Shown here piece by piece: positions 48,957-61,381 of a DNA stretch of 64,000 bases (the stretch's first letter is position 1; each line of letters opens with the position of its first letter). This stretch comes from Heteronotia binoei (Eukaryota). A model generated the notes under the pieces. That model saw nothing but the letters and a program-made list of their open reading frames with translations. It ran no database searches and had not been told where the DNA came from. The stretch is taken from the NCBI RefSeq assembly GCF_032191835.1, contig NC_083224.1:174902001-174966000 (forward strand). Direction: 5' to 3'. Both the position numbers and the translations under genes were made by a program.

Positions 48957-49228
48957 GAGCTAGTTTGATGTATTGGTTAAGTGCGCAGATTCTTATCAGG
49001 GAGAACCAGGTTTGATTCCCCACTCCTCCAAATGCACCTGCTGATGTGACCTTGAGTCAGCCACAAGTTCTCTCAGAGTTGTTCTGCTCAACAGCAGTTC
49101 TGGGAGAGCTCTCTCAGCTCCACCTATCTCACAAGGGTGTCTGTTGTGGGGAGGGGAAAGGAAAGGAGTTTGTAAACCACTCTGAGACTTTGTGTAGTGA
49201 AGGGCAGGGTATAAATCCAGTTTCTTCT
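48957..49228 (+). mobile_element. Gecko-type tRNA SINE (Squam3-like)
   Basis: A and B boxes plus gggcagggtataaatcc tail; homologous to the 28650 copy. Confidence 0.8.
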
Positions 49229-52200
49229 TAGTGTTAGGCCAGGTAAACATTTCTGAGGTACTCCAGACTGTGCTCTTTAGCAGCGTAGGAGGCATCTGCT
49301 GCTTTTCAAACAAAATAGCTAGTTAATGACTAAATTTCTATATGGCTCTTGCAAAATAATGGGGGGGGGGGCGGAATCTGTATCTAATTGTCTTCTTGAA
49401 ATTTGTTAGTCTTCCTGACTGCTGGAAATAAGATTTAACAAGAGGAAAGGACCCAAACTAAAATATGCAGTTCAGATTCAAGTTGGCCTTTTCAGTAACC
49501 TGTAACCATTCATCTTTCAGAACTTTAGATTGATAGGCTGTGATCCCTCGACCTCTGTGTTGCCTAGCGCCTTGCTGTCTGCTGCAGAGCTGTGGAGGGA
49601 AAAGGCAGCCATGGCAAGCATTTCCTTCATATGGAGGAATTAAATTGGTAGTAATCCTTTCCCAGGTACAGGTTGGCAGCCCAGAGAACCAAACACAGTA
49701 GGATCTAATTATTTTTCTTGCAGACAGAGGGAAACTTGTAAGCAAACCTGTAGCCCTAGTCCAATGGCAAGCACTGCAGTGGTCCACTGACCAATTATTG
49801 TTGAAGAATGACAGCTGTGTTAACTTAAGTAAATACCACACCTCTGGGAATATATTTTTTGCTTTTTAAATTGTGATTAAAATAGAAAATACTTTGATGT
49901 AATTAATCTATGATAATGGTTACTCTGTAACACTGAAAAAAATACACAAGATTGTATATGATATTGAAAGGTATGTGATATTGAAAGTTGCTATGGCAAT
50001 ACTTCTGTATCTTCAGTAAAGTTGTCAACCTGGGATTTGATGTTTATTCTTCTGCAGTACAATGTGGCAGATTCTCGTAAACCATGCTGTAATAAGAGGT
50101 GCGGTTGTCTTGTTCCAGTGTGTAGCTTGTCAGCCATGATTACATTAAAAATTGTTTCCTCATCTATTTTCTTCACTCTTATATTTGATATAACCATAGA
50201 GTACTGCCATTAGATCTGCAGCTTATATATATATATATAAAATAAGTGGGGGCTCATGAAACTACTTGAGTCCAGCCCAACCATCAGCCTTGAAGCCTGG
50301 AAGGAGCAGGGCCTGGTGGAGCTCCTGGCATTCATCACAGTGACAGGGCCTGCTAACAGCTTGCTGCAGCTTCCAGGCTCCACCAAAGAAAGAGCGTTTG
50401 GTGGAGGATTTAAACCCCTCTGGGTAAACCGTCCCCAAAATAAAGGAGCATTCTCTTTGCTTCCACAGATTATTCAAATTAACCTTACAACCTGATGGGC
50501 TTGCAGATGCTTTTAGAAGGTGGTGTTCTGGACGAACAAAGGTTAATACTATGTCATCTGCCTATAGCATGTTTTTTTCCCCTCAAAATACCTGAATTTT
50601 CCTATGTTGCAATAGGGATTCAAGAGTGCAGATATCAGTGGTGATAAAGAGCAGCTTATTTTCTTTGCCTATTACAAAACATTCTGAGAACCTCCTATTA
50701 AATCAAGCATGAGTGATAGATCTTAAGTATTTTACTGAGACCCAGTGTTTGTTTTTGAATCTGTGATGACCTTGAGAGATATGAGCTTGAGGGACATGAC
50801 ATGGTTCAGCCTACATTTATGGATCCCTGTTGAGCTTCTATGGTGGAGCAAGTCCCCAAATCTGACATTAACAGCTCCATTAGCATCATGAAACGAGGGC
50901 TGATAACAGACCAGCACTTTGGGCCAACTCAAAGATGCCTCTGAAATCGACCTAAAAAATCCCTCCACATGCAAACATCTGCCACCCGTTCTCATTCCGT
51001 CCTCACCCTGTCCTCCAGCCTCCACAGTAAGACTGAAAAAGCTACCACTTCCAAAATGGTAGCAAATTTTTGAACTGCATGCCAGTTGCTTCCTTGGCGT
51101 CTGGAAGCGGAAGGGCACAAGTGAGGTGCCTTGGTGGTGTGAAACTGCCAAGCTGGCCCAAGTTGCATATTTTTTTAAATTAAAACTGCTCAGTGCGCAT
51201 GAGTGCATGTGTGCACACGATTGCGCATGACTACTGAAAATGTATGGGGACAGGAATGGTGCGCAACGGCCGTCTGAACATGCCCATATTGCCCCATGGA
51301 CAGGATGGGGACGGCTTGCGGGGGAGTGTGTGGAGGCTTCAGGACGGCTCTTTTTGAGCCGTCCCAATTTAGGATGCCTCCCAAAATGCCCATCTGTAAT
51401 CAGCCAAGATGTTTCAGATCAAATTATCTCAGTATATTTGAAGCTATTTTGTTGATTCTAATAAAGAGGTCCCCAACATGGTGCTCATGGGTGCAGGGGA
51501 TGAGCCAACACTTTTCCTGGCAACTGTCAAATGTTTTTAGGAAGTGGAAGGGGCCAGTTGGGATTTTTACCCTGCAAGGCTTCTCAGTAGCCACTGGAGA
51601 GCTGATTGTGCAGTTTTTTGAAAAGTCACTTCAGCATTAACTGCCGTCTCAGGACAAGGTCTGTTGCAGATTCTAACATTAAACAATTGTTTGAGGATAT
51701 TTGATACAGTAAGCTTTTTGATACAGTTTGCTTTTAGGTTTTTGTGTCAATCTGTAAACATCCATTTTTTGGTGTTCTAGCTAACTTACAGTTTTCAGCC
51801 TTGAAAAGGGTAACATATCAATCAATGGCTTTATTCCTTGAATAAATCCTCGAACAAACGGAACAGAGTTTGTAACAGTGACGCTTCAGAACTGTCAGAG
51901 ATACCTAACATTATGCCTTTGGGGAAAAAATGGTTTTTCATGTAAGCTGCTTGTAATTATGTCAGGATGAGGGATGACATTTATTTATAATCTCAATTAC
52001 ATGTTCTAGTATTTTCTATATGATTGCATTTCCTGTTTGTTTAATACGTTAAAAGACAACTGGAGTGATTTTAAATAAAATTCTTAAAATACAGCATTGA
52101 GTGATCATTGGCTGGGATACAATTTTTTCAGCAAGACCTTGAGTAAATAAACTTCAGACTTTTCACTCAGAAGACTGGTACCTGCATAGAATGATAATTG

Positions 52201-53227
52201 AAGAGCCTGATTATTCTTCGTCCAGCTTGTTTTTTAGTGGTCAGTGTGTTGCGGTAAAACAGTCAAAGATGTGTGTATGCAAGAAAATACTTAAACAATA
52301 CGTTCATTTTAAAAGGCATCCTGCTTAACAGAGTTTCTGCCTGAAATGTTGAAGTTGCTGTTAAGAGTTATGCATAACCCTGACATTTTGCGTAAGCTCC
52401 ACTTTTAGTGACAGCCATTTTGTAGTTGTGCCCACCACCCCGTGTCAGAATTTCAAAGATCCTTGCAGGGTCAAAAAGGTTGGGGATCCCTGCGCTAATA
52501 AATCTTGTTGAGTCTCAATCCATGTATTTTAAAATCAATTCATTCTATTAGGTGTTACCATAGTCACAATGTCATGATTCAGGGGGGGCATTGGGTAGAA
52601 TAGTCCTTCCCTTCCTTAGGGAAAACAGTAATTTAGATTTATCTCATATCCTAGAGAATGATTATAAATTTGATGTATCCTTTAATTGTGTTTACCAGTG
52701 AGACATATGAAGTGTCTGTATGTTTAGAAAATGTATATGCCCCTCACTAAAGACTCCCTTAAGACAGCTGAGAGGTGAAACAATAGAAAAAACTGAACAC
52801 ATTTAAAAATCAGGCATTTATAAATATAATACACTTTTGGAAAGCACACTCTGCTGCTTACCTGTGTTGTGAGGCATAAATATCTCCAAACTGTAAAGAT
52901 ATTACGTATTTTGATCTTCCCTTTTTAATGTCAGTTTCTTGGCAAACTGGCTTTAAATAGATTTAAATCAGTTCTGCTTCTTTTTTTATGGCAGAAAAAA
53001 GCAAGAGTCCAGTAGAACCTTAAAGATGAACAAAAATTTTTGGAAGGCTATGGGCTTCTAAAAAGTGACTTCTAAAAGCTCCTTGCTCTTTTCTGCTACT
53101 CTTGCTCTTTTTTCCTGCTATAGGCAGACTGACATGGCTACCCATCTTGATCTATTTCCTTTTAATGGGTAAATTTAAACTTTCAATATTGTATGAAATT
53201 ATATTCTGTTTCCTCATAATATAAAAG

Positions 53228-53409
53228 CAATGCTTTTTTGTAGCAGGAACTCTTTTGCATAGTAGGCCACACATCCCTGTTGTAGCCAATCTTCCTGGAG
53301 CTTACAGTAGGCCCTGTACCAAGAGCCCTATAAGCTCTTGGAGGATTGGCTACATCAGGGGTGTGTGGCCTAATATGCAAATGAGTTCCTGCTACAAAAA
53401 AGAGCCCTG
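53228..53409. mobile_element. Palindromic hAT-type MITE (CAGGGCTTTTTTT family)
   Basis: Perfect TSD TATAAAAG (53220-53227, 53410-53417). Confidence 0.88.
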
Positions 53410-53959
53410 TATAAAAGTACTGTAGCTTAACATTCCAGAAAACCATCATAAAAGTAGGCAATCATCATAAATCATCATAAAAGTAGGCAAAATTCACTTC
53501 AAAAAGTGTATTATTTATCTATTCCTTTGTCCTTTCACTAGTTTCCTTGTTCCTTAGTTTTAATATCCAGGTTAATATTATTCAGTGTGCCATTTATGAG
53601 ATTAGCATTTACATGGCTTGTCAAATGATTCTTAGTTTAAATGGTATACCATCACTAATAGTTATTTTCTGGAGGGATGAGAAATGTAAGATCCTTTCAC
53701 CTCTTTAGAATGTCCACGTGGAAGCCGACTAATACTTGAGCCTTTCCCCTTATGTAATTGGATTTCCCTTCCAAATATTATATAAGATTGCTTCCTTGAC
53801 TCACTTGCTAATATATCTTATAAATACATGTTTCCTGTTAGTTTCTCTTGGTAAAGCTTGAATTAATCCTAAATACACATTCTATCTCTACTTCATGACC
53901 AAAGTGAAATTGGAAAAACTTCTAAAAAAAAAGAATGAGCCAAGTGAATCTTGTGACTT

Positions 53960-54850
53960 TTTTGTTTCCGAGCTTCAAAAGCTAACTCCACACTTTTAAA
54001 AAAATTTCTTACATCCTCATTTTGCAAGTTTTGCTCAATATATATCTCTGGGCTGTCCCATTTCAGCCTTCTGTATCTTTTTTTTTTTCAGTTCTTCTTC
54101 AAACCCGTACTGTATACTCAACTTCTAAATTCATTTCATAATCTTTTGTTTCTATTGAAGTGACATTTTTTTGTTCGTAGCTTTTCCCTTCGAAAATCTT
54201 CAAGTTGATTTTCCAAGTTCAGAGTCTTTTTCCTAACAATTCTTCATGTTTAGTTTATGTTGTCTTTCTGGATTAATATTTCCTCAGATTCTTAATGATA
54301 TTTTAAAACTTTCTATTGTCTTCAAGATAAAGCCTTTCAGAATCTGTTTCCTCCTCCTTCCTTTTCTATCCCCTTTCCTGTAACCAAACATGAAGGAAGC
54401 AGTTTTTCCTTGTGTACGCATTATCATATTGTCTAAATCCCTGTAAATATATGCTCATTTATCTGAAATATAAATAATATCCTTACGTTACATATACTAC
54501 TGTTTATTTCTTCAAATTGTTAATCAAAGAAGATCTTAGTTTTCCAAATAATAATTATCCTGTTGCCTTGTGAAATTAAACCTTTAATCCAGTCTTCTGT
54601 GTTACTATTGAACTAATGGGTTTATATGCTAACATCTCAATTAGTCATACAAAAAGCCCAATTTACCAATTACAGCTGTATAAAACCTTCTGGATATTAC
54701 ATCCTCTGGTGCATTATATAGGTTTCTTCAAAATTTAATTTATGTTAAATAAAAAAACTAACATTAATGTTAACAATTCAGTTTAAGGAGTACATATTCA
54801 TTTTGAATAAATTCATTTATAAATCTGCTAATAATACCAGTCACACTTAA
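53960..54850 (-). mobile_element. Heavily decayed L1-like ORF2 relic; similar at about 9640-10050
   Basis: T-rich on + and A-rich on the sense strand, with weak YKPISS similarity to L1 YRPISL. Not securely assigned. Confidence 0.3.
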
Positions 54851-56335
54851 GATGCATCTAGTAAGCTCATTAATAGGTAAATAGATTCAATGAAGATTAA
54901 ATATGTTGAGTATTTTTGTGGCGCTTTAGTCAAAGTTAAACATGACTTATATGAAAAAGATGTGAGGTGGGGTTCATTAATGAATGAGTTTGAGAGAGGA
55001 AATGTGCCTTGATAGGTAAGTTCAGTTTGTTGGTCTCTGAAGTGAATAATTGTTTGAGAGTATTAGTTGGTTACCTCAAAGTTCAGCTCATTTTCCACCC
55101 TGTTTTTGAAGGAATTTATGGTCAAGTGAACATTAGGAAAAACTTTCTTATACCATTTGCACATATCTGGTGATGAATCAAGAACTACACTGATCACCAG
55201 CAGTGTATCCTGTATGCTCTGTAATTCAATTCAAAAACCTTTATTGGCATATCTACAGTCAGAAGCAAATTGTAACATAGCAATAAGGTCTAGGGAAAAT
55301 TAAGTGCATTTAAAAGCAGTACTGTTGGAAATCTGAAAATTTAAAATTCCTAAAAGGATTAGCAGCATATAAAACATTGAGCCAAAAGAATCAGATCTAG
55401 GATTCCATACAGATAAGTACAGTAAAGGACATTGCTATCTTAAAATTTTGAACTTCTATAAGAAATTTGGCAACAGCATTAGTGAATATCTGTTTAAAGA
55501 GTACTGCTCCTAAGTACTCCAACTTAGCAAGAGCCTTGATTGCCAGAGTGCTTGCCAGACATCTCCTGGTGTCCTCTGGCCTTTTAAAAAATGTCACTTC
55601 CTGGGACATTGTGGATCCTCCTCTGCCTTCCTGATCCTGGACTGGTACAAAGGGTAGTTTGAGATGGTGGATAGGCTAGGTCAGCTGACGAAGCTTCTTG
55701 AATACTTCTAGTCTTTCCCTTGTTTTCACATTCTGTTATCTTGGTGCATCTCATTTATTCATTACCTTGGCAATGTAACAAACAAGAATGAAGGGGTTTT
55801 TTTGGGGGGGGGGATTGCCCTTTAAATCTGTATTTGTTAGTTTTCCTTTTGGCAAATGATTTGTACCAGGGGTCCCCAACCTTTTTTGAGCCTGTGGGCA
55901 CCTTTGGAATTCTGGCATGGTGTGGTGAACTCTGCCACAGGATGCAGAGACAGGCAAAAAATGGCTGCTGCAGCATTCCTTCAGTCACATAACAGTGGGC
56001 ACCAGAAAAGGTGTTGTGTGCCATGGCATCCATGAGTATCATGTTGAGGACTCCAATTTATACCACTGATAGAATCCTTCCATATCTATCAACTGTGCTT
56101 CAGCTTCATACCCATCTGTAACAAGGCTAATAATACTGTTATAATCTAGTTGAAACAGATGACTTGAGAATGTATCACATTGACTTTGTGCTGTTGTGAA
56201 AAGCACTTTGTAAACAATGTATTTAGAATTAAGATATAAGCATGATCCTCTACTCCCACCCCAGCAGCTGGGTTTTTGTTTTGTATCAGCTAGACAATCC
56301 AAAAGTAACCAATAGTAACTGGGTTGAAATAATTC

Positions 56336-56341
56336 TTTATT
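56336..56341 (-). terminator. ANGPTL1: Candidate ANGPTL1 polyadenylation signal (AATAAA on - strand)
   Basis: TTTATT on + about 460 nt past the stop codon, followed on - by a U/GU-rich tract (TTGGTTACTTTTGGATTGTCT). A further candidate lies at 55754. Confidence 0.5.
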
Positions 56342-56800
56342 TGATGAAAAATGTTTGCAAAACTAGATTTATCTTCCAGTTCTTTGTCTGTTGCTGCTGT
56401 GCGTCTATATTTCATTGGAAAATATTTCATTTGAAATAAAAACTTAAATTCACTTTCTTAGATTTAAAACTATTTATCTGTACATGAACACACAGTAACA
56501 GTTTCACATACTTAAGTTCCAGAGTTCAACCATTCTACATCCACATTTTTCACTGTAGCCTACAAAACATGTAGGTTGTGTTGCTGCTGTTAAAGCCTGT
56601 ACATTTTATGTTAACAGATTGAAATGTACCTCCCTGCTTGTTTTGTGAGCCATAAGAACATGTATAATTCACACATGGAATATCACATATATTTAAAAGA
56701 GTATCTTGTAGGCCCTGCTTGTAAGGTTAAACTGTGCAAAACAACATGAAACACAGTATCTTTCTGAACTTCAAGAATAAGGTTTTTTAAAAAGAGTTTC

Positions 56801-56988
56801 TCAGTCAATGGGTCTGATCATCATCTGAACGGCTTTGAGTGAGTATGATCCTCCTCTATACTCAGCCCAAAAAATCCCATCTTGGTGCTTGCTTCTGTAG
56901 TGTCCTCCTCTATACCACACTCCATTGAGATTAGAATGAGCACAAGCGTTGTACCACCAGCCTCCTTTGTGAAAGTGGGCACAATTAC
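56801..56988 (-). CDS. ANGPTL1: ANGPTL1 terminal coding exon ([23 protein letters not shown]...QMMIRPID*)
   Basis: 188 nt, phase 1 start after ttcttcctatag. The [17 protein letters not shown] and PID* ending distinguish ANGPTL1 from ANGPTL2. Nesting in RALGPS2 agrees. Confidence 0.96.
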
Positions 56989-59912
56989 CTATAGGAAGAA
57001 ATAGTACGTTAAGCGCAGTATCACAGCAAAGCCACACAAGCAGTTTTGATTATCCTTAGATTCTGAAATAAAATAAAGGGGTTTTTTCACCCATATGTAG
57101 CCCTTCAAATGACTTTCTTTTTATGATGGCATATTATGAAGCACATGACTTTCCCTCCTCGGATTCATCCAATGCAGGTCTAACAAAAATGTCAGTGTAT
57201 TCTGGTAATAGAATTCCCCTTCCCCATCTTTTATCTTTGTCAGGAGAACCACTTTTTATTATTTATTTGTTTGTACCTTGTTTCTCCCCATTGGGGACAC
57301 AAAGTAGCTTGCATCATTCTCCTCTCCTATTTTATCCTTGCAACAAATTCTGTGCGAGGTAGGTAAGGCTAAGACTGTATGATTGGTGCCAGGTCACTCA
57401 GCATGTTTCCATGGCAAAGCAGGGATTTCACCCTGGGTCTTCCAGATCCTGCTCTAACGCTCTAACCCAGCCCTGCAGGCACATTTGGAATTTTGGGAGG
57501 GGTGGTGAGCACCACCTCATGGTAGCTGCTACAGGAGGTAGAGCCGAATGGAACCAGGGGCTTACCTGTCCTCCTAATCCTGTAGTGGCAATACCTTTAA
57601 TTTGAATGAGGGCAGCCAGTAACAAGCCCTGCCTTATAATGGCCTTACCTACTTTCTAAAAAGCTAGAGGAGTACTGGTGGCTGCCATGGGCACTATGTT
57701 GGGGGAGCAGCTCCAACCACTGTACCTTGCTGGCTCTTACACTGGTTTCTGTAGTGGAGCCAACAAGCCTTTTCTGTTTATTCTGCTCTAAATTATCTAA
57801 TTAACAGAGTGAGATTATGTTGCAAGGGAAGAGGAGTCGTATGACGTATTTCAAACAGCCTGATGAAGCGACATCCACAAGCAGGGATCAGAAAGTACAC
57901 ATTCTGGACCATTCGCTCACTCCCGAGAGGGTTTCCCACACGTTTCTGTCTAGACTGCAATAAAAAAGGAGCAACTTCCTGAAGTGCTTTAGAAGCAGTC
58001 TCTTGTGCAGACTTGAATGTATCCCTCTACCCATATGAGGGAAGCTTTCAAAATAGGTGATTTTCAGACCATAGCCCCAGTCAGCTAGGCTTTTTCTGTG
58101 GGAAGATGTTCAGCCACTGCTGGCCTAGTTTTTCAGAAGCCTGGAATACTCAGTTGATGCCCAGGAATCTAGCAAGGGCCAGGCTGTTCTGAACCAAAGA
58201 ACACCCAGTAAATTTTCCTAAAGGAAGGGATTCAGAGGAGGATATCCTCTCCCACAGTGTGAAGGCAAATATGTCATAGTACAAGCTGACAACTCTACAG
58301 CCAAAACCTGTTGTACTATATAGCGGGCACATTTCATGAGTCCTCTTCAGGAATCTCCTAATGATAGTACACATTCAGGTTGTGCTCTAGACAAATTGAT
58401 TGGATGAATGGTACATCATGAGGAGCATTTAAGAGGACATCATGAGAAAGTTTGGATCATCTCTAGCAGAACTATTCACCCCTTCTATCTGTAACTGAGG
58501 ACAGGGATTCTTCTTTAAGTTCTAGATAGCTAATTGGTCAACACAGCAACTTCTTTTTGGCTCCTCTTATCTCCATGGCATTCCAGAAAGTCAGACAAGA
58601 GAAACAAAGCTGATCAAGAAGGCTTTGCTTCTCATAGTGGAACTGTCCATGGTTGGTCTTGCAAATCCAGAGGCCTGCACAGGATGGTGCTTGAAATTGC
58701 TGTTGGCTTCCAGTTAACCTTTGACAAACAAGATCTATGAGGCCATGTGGTAAACATTCTTCAGGTGGTGCAGACATTAGGGTCTTATCACTCTCCATAC
58801 TTCCATTAAGAAAATTCTTAATTTTTAACATGCAGGTTTGGAATAGTCTTTTGCCCTTACAAGGCAAGACACCATTCTGATGAGGAGTCTCTAGGACACC
58901 TTCTTTCTTTGCCTGATTTTCATTTGGATCTTTGAAATATATTTCAGGATAAATGAAGTTTCAGATGCTCTGAATCCTTGTTTATTGCCTTCCAGCCTGT
59001 TGTTGAGGCTGTCTAAATCCACCTTGGGTAAATAGATTAGGTAACACATTGTACTTGCCTACTAGTCTTAGAATCAGGCAGAATAGGATGGGAGGAATCC
59101 AATTCTGTTGCCCATATTTTAACCACAGGCTCTAATTAAGTATAGCCTGAGCTATACTTTATATTTCATGTATATATATAAACATGTAAATTGCCCTGAA
59201 CCTGCTCTCGTGGGGAGGGCGGGATATAAATTGAACAAAATAAATAAAAATAAAATAAATGAATATACCTCTATCATGGCTTACTTTCTATGTGATCCAT
59301 TGAAAAAAAAACCCTCCTATGTGAAATTTATGATTTTATCAGCGAGTCCCTTTAGCCGACAGACTTTGCTCCTGTGGAGCGAATACCCCTGACTCAATCC
59401 AGCATATATTGCTTGATTGTTCTTTTTACCATAACCTCCGTAAAGATTTATTTGGCAAGCTTTCTTTTTCTCCAGATTTGTCTATTCTGCCACCCTGTTA
59501 TTATTTATTGAGTGATACTGGGGGTGGTTAGTGAGGCTGTGGCAAAATTTCTGGCTGACATCCTTAAATTTAATTCTGACCATGTTTGAATGTATCTGTA
59601 AGCTCGGTTTTATTTTGATTTTATCTCCAATGTTTAAATTTTTATATTCTGTGTATTTTTATCTGAATCTATTATGCCATTAAAGGTTTGGTATGGTATG
59701 ATTTTATCATCAACCAAAGTAATGTGTTGGGTCATCTTACATGACATTAATTTGTATACAAGCATATATCGCCCTTATTAAATAGCTGAGAGGTGGTGTG
59801 TGTGTGGGGGGGGGGGGGTTGTATGTGTTCCTGATAAACTGGTTCCTGATCAAAACTAGATTGTCAGTGCATTCTCAGAACAGTTTTCTTAGTGAAGGAT
59901 AGTATTCCCTAC

Positions 59913-60183
59913 CTGTGTACATGTCTCTGTCTCGATCCAGTGTTGTAAATTGTTTTCCATTGTGCCAAATCATGGAGTCACCAGCATTCCCCTGGTAAGT
60001 GCCTAGACGCAGCCTGTAGTATTCACTTTCTGGCTCCAAGCGAAAACTGCTGTATTCTGCATAGACTTTTTTATTAGACCAGTCTTCTAGCTCAATTAGA
60101 AGTCTATAATTGTCCTGATTGCTAAGCAAAAAAATATTTTCCAGTCCCAGCCAGTATTCTCCAGCAACATTTCCAAATCCTTT
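59913..60183 (-). CDS. ANGPTL1: ANGPTL1 penultimate exon (KGFGNVAGEYWLGLEN...TLDRDRDMYT+G)
   Basis: 271 nt; acceptor tgacag, donor CAG|GTAGGG; fibrinogen C-terminal domain motifs GEYWLG and FTTLDRD. Confidence 0.96.
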
Positions 60184-61187
60184 CTGTCAAAACAAACAAT
60201 AATTTCATTATATTGTTTTTCATTTGGTAGAAAACATTTCATCTATAGTTAAGATGTGTTCTATATCCTTTACACTTTTAAATTCTTGGGATAAACCTTG
60301 GGTACCAGCGCTGATCTGGGGGCCCTACTGGTAGAAACATAGTGTTTGTCTCTTTCTCCCCTACACAGATAGAGAGTATCTACCCAGCGTGGGGATGCTC
60401 ATAGCTGGATCCTACAAACTGCAAGGATGCACTTAAGCAGATGTTTAATGCACTGCAAGGATGCACTATTGAGCACTATTTCCTGCCTCCTCTGCTCCAA
60501 GATCTCTAAAATATGGATGTTGGGACCCATGTGGGCAAAAAGTCGAGAGAGAGAGCTGTAGCATGGAGCGGAATTGAGTGAAATTATCCTTTCCTGTTCT
60601 ATCAGTAGTGGGGCTTCTTTGGCACAGAAATTGTCCCTGCCCAATTCTTCACTGCAGCCCCCCAGAAAGTATGCTTTTTATTCACAAGGACCCACAATCT
60701 CCAGTATCAACTGTTAAGGTGATCTCTGGAGGCTGAGACAGATTGGCATCTGTTGTACCATTCTGCTTGTGCATCACAGAATCCAGCCCTCTGAGTTAAA
60801 TTCCCCAACTACATATTGGTCATTGGAAGAGGAATTCATGATCAAGAGTGATTAATCTTAGGATGAGAGCAGTTAAGCACATTTTTAAGTGCTTCAGAGA
60901 ACTGAAAATTGTTAGCCTGAAGGCTCACAGACTTAACCATTGGTGTGACATGAGATGATGTTTGTATAGAACAGGAGATTAGAATAAGTAATTTACAAAA
61001 CACAACACTTTCACAGACAAACATTTGTTACAAGCTGACAAGTCTGTTATAAAAACTCTGAACAGCTCCCTACAGACATTCCTTTAAGTTAGTCTATTTC
61101 AGCAGAGGCTATATCAGTTTTACCTTGAGTGTACAAACCACACCATAGTTTGTTGTCTCCTAGATTTTTTTTTTAAAAATAATCTAC

Positions 61188-61381
61188 CTTGTAATTGTCC
61201 CAGTTTGTGAAGAAGTTTACAGAACCGTCTGTTCTTTTCTGGATAACTGTCCAGCCTCCAGGATCAAGGCTGTCCTCACACCATAACTGCATTGGTCCAT
61301 TGCTGTTTTCAGGCTTGATCATATAAATTCCACTGCTGGAATAGCCGGCTTGTTTGGCTTGTTGACAATCTTTAAAAGGAC
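61188..61381 (-). CDS. ANGPTL1: ANGPTL1 exon (GPFKDCQQAK...GGWTVIQKRTDGSVNFFTNWDNYK)
   Basis: 194 nt; AAG acceptor, donor AAG|GTAGAT; GGWTVIQ.R.DGS fibrinogen motif. The upstream coiled-coil exon was not found in the window. Confidence 0.95.

Noticed and set aside
50732-51367. 211-aa ORF on the - strand
   Set aside because: No recognisable domain or splice context, and it spans a CpG-rich repeat-like segment; most likely a chance ORF.
57868-57900. CTGATGA...GAAA hammerhead-like motif
   Set aside because: The bases next to the two core boxes do not form stem II, unlike the accepted relics.
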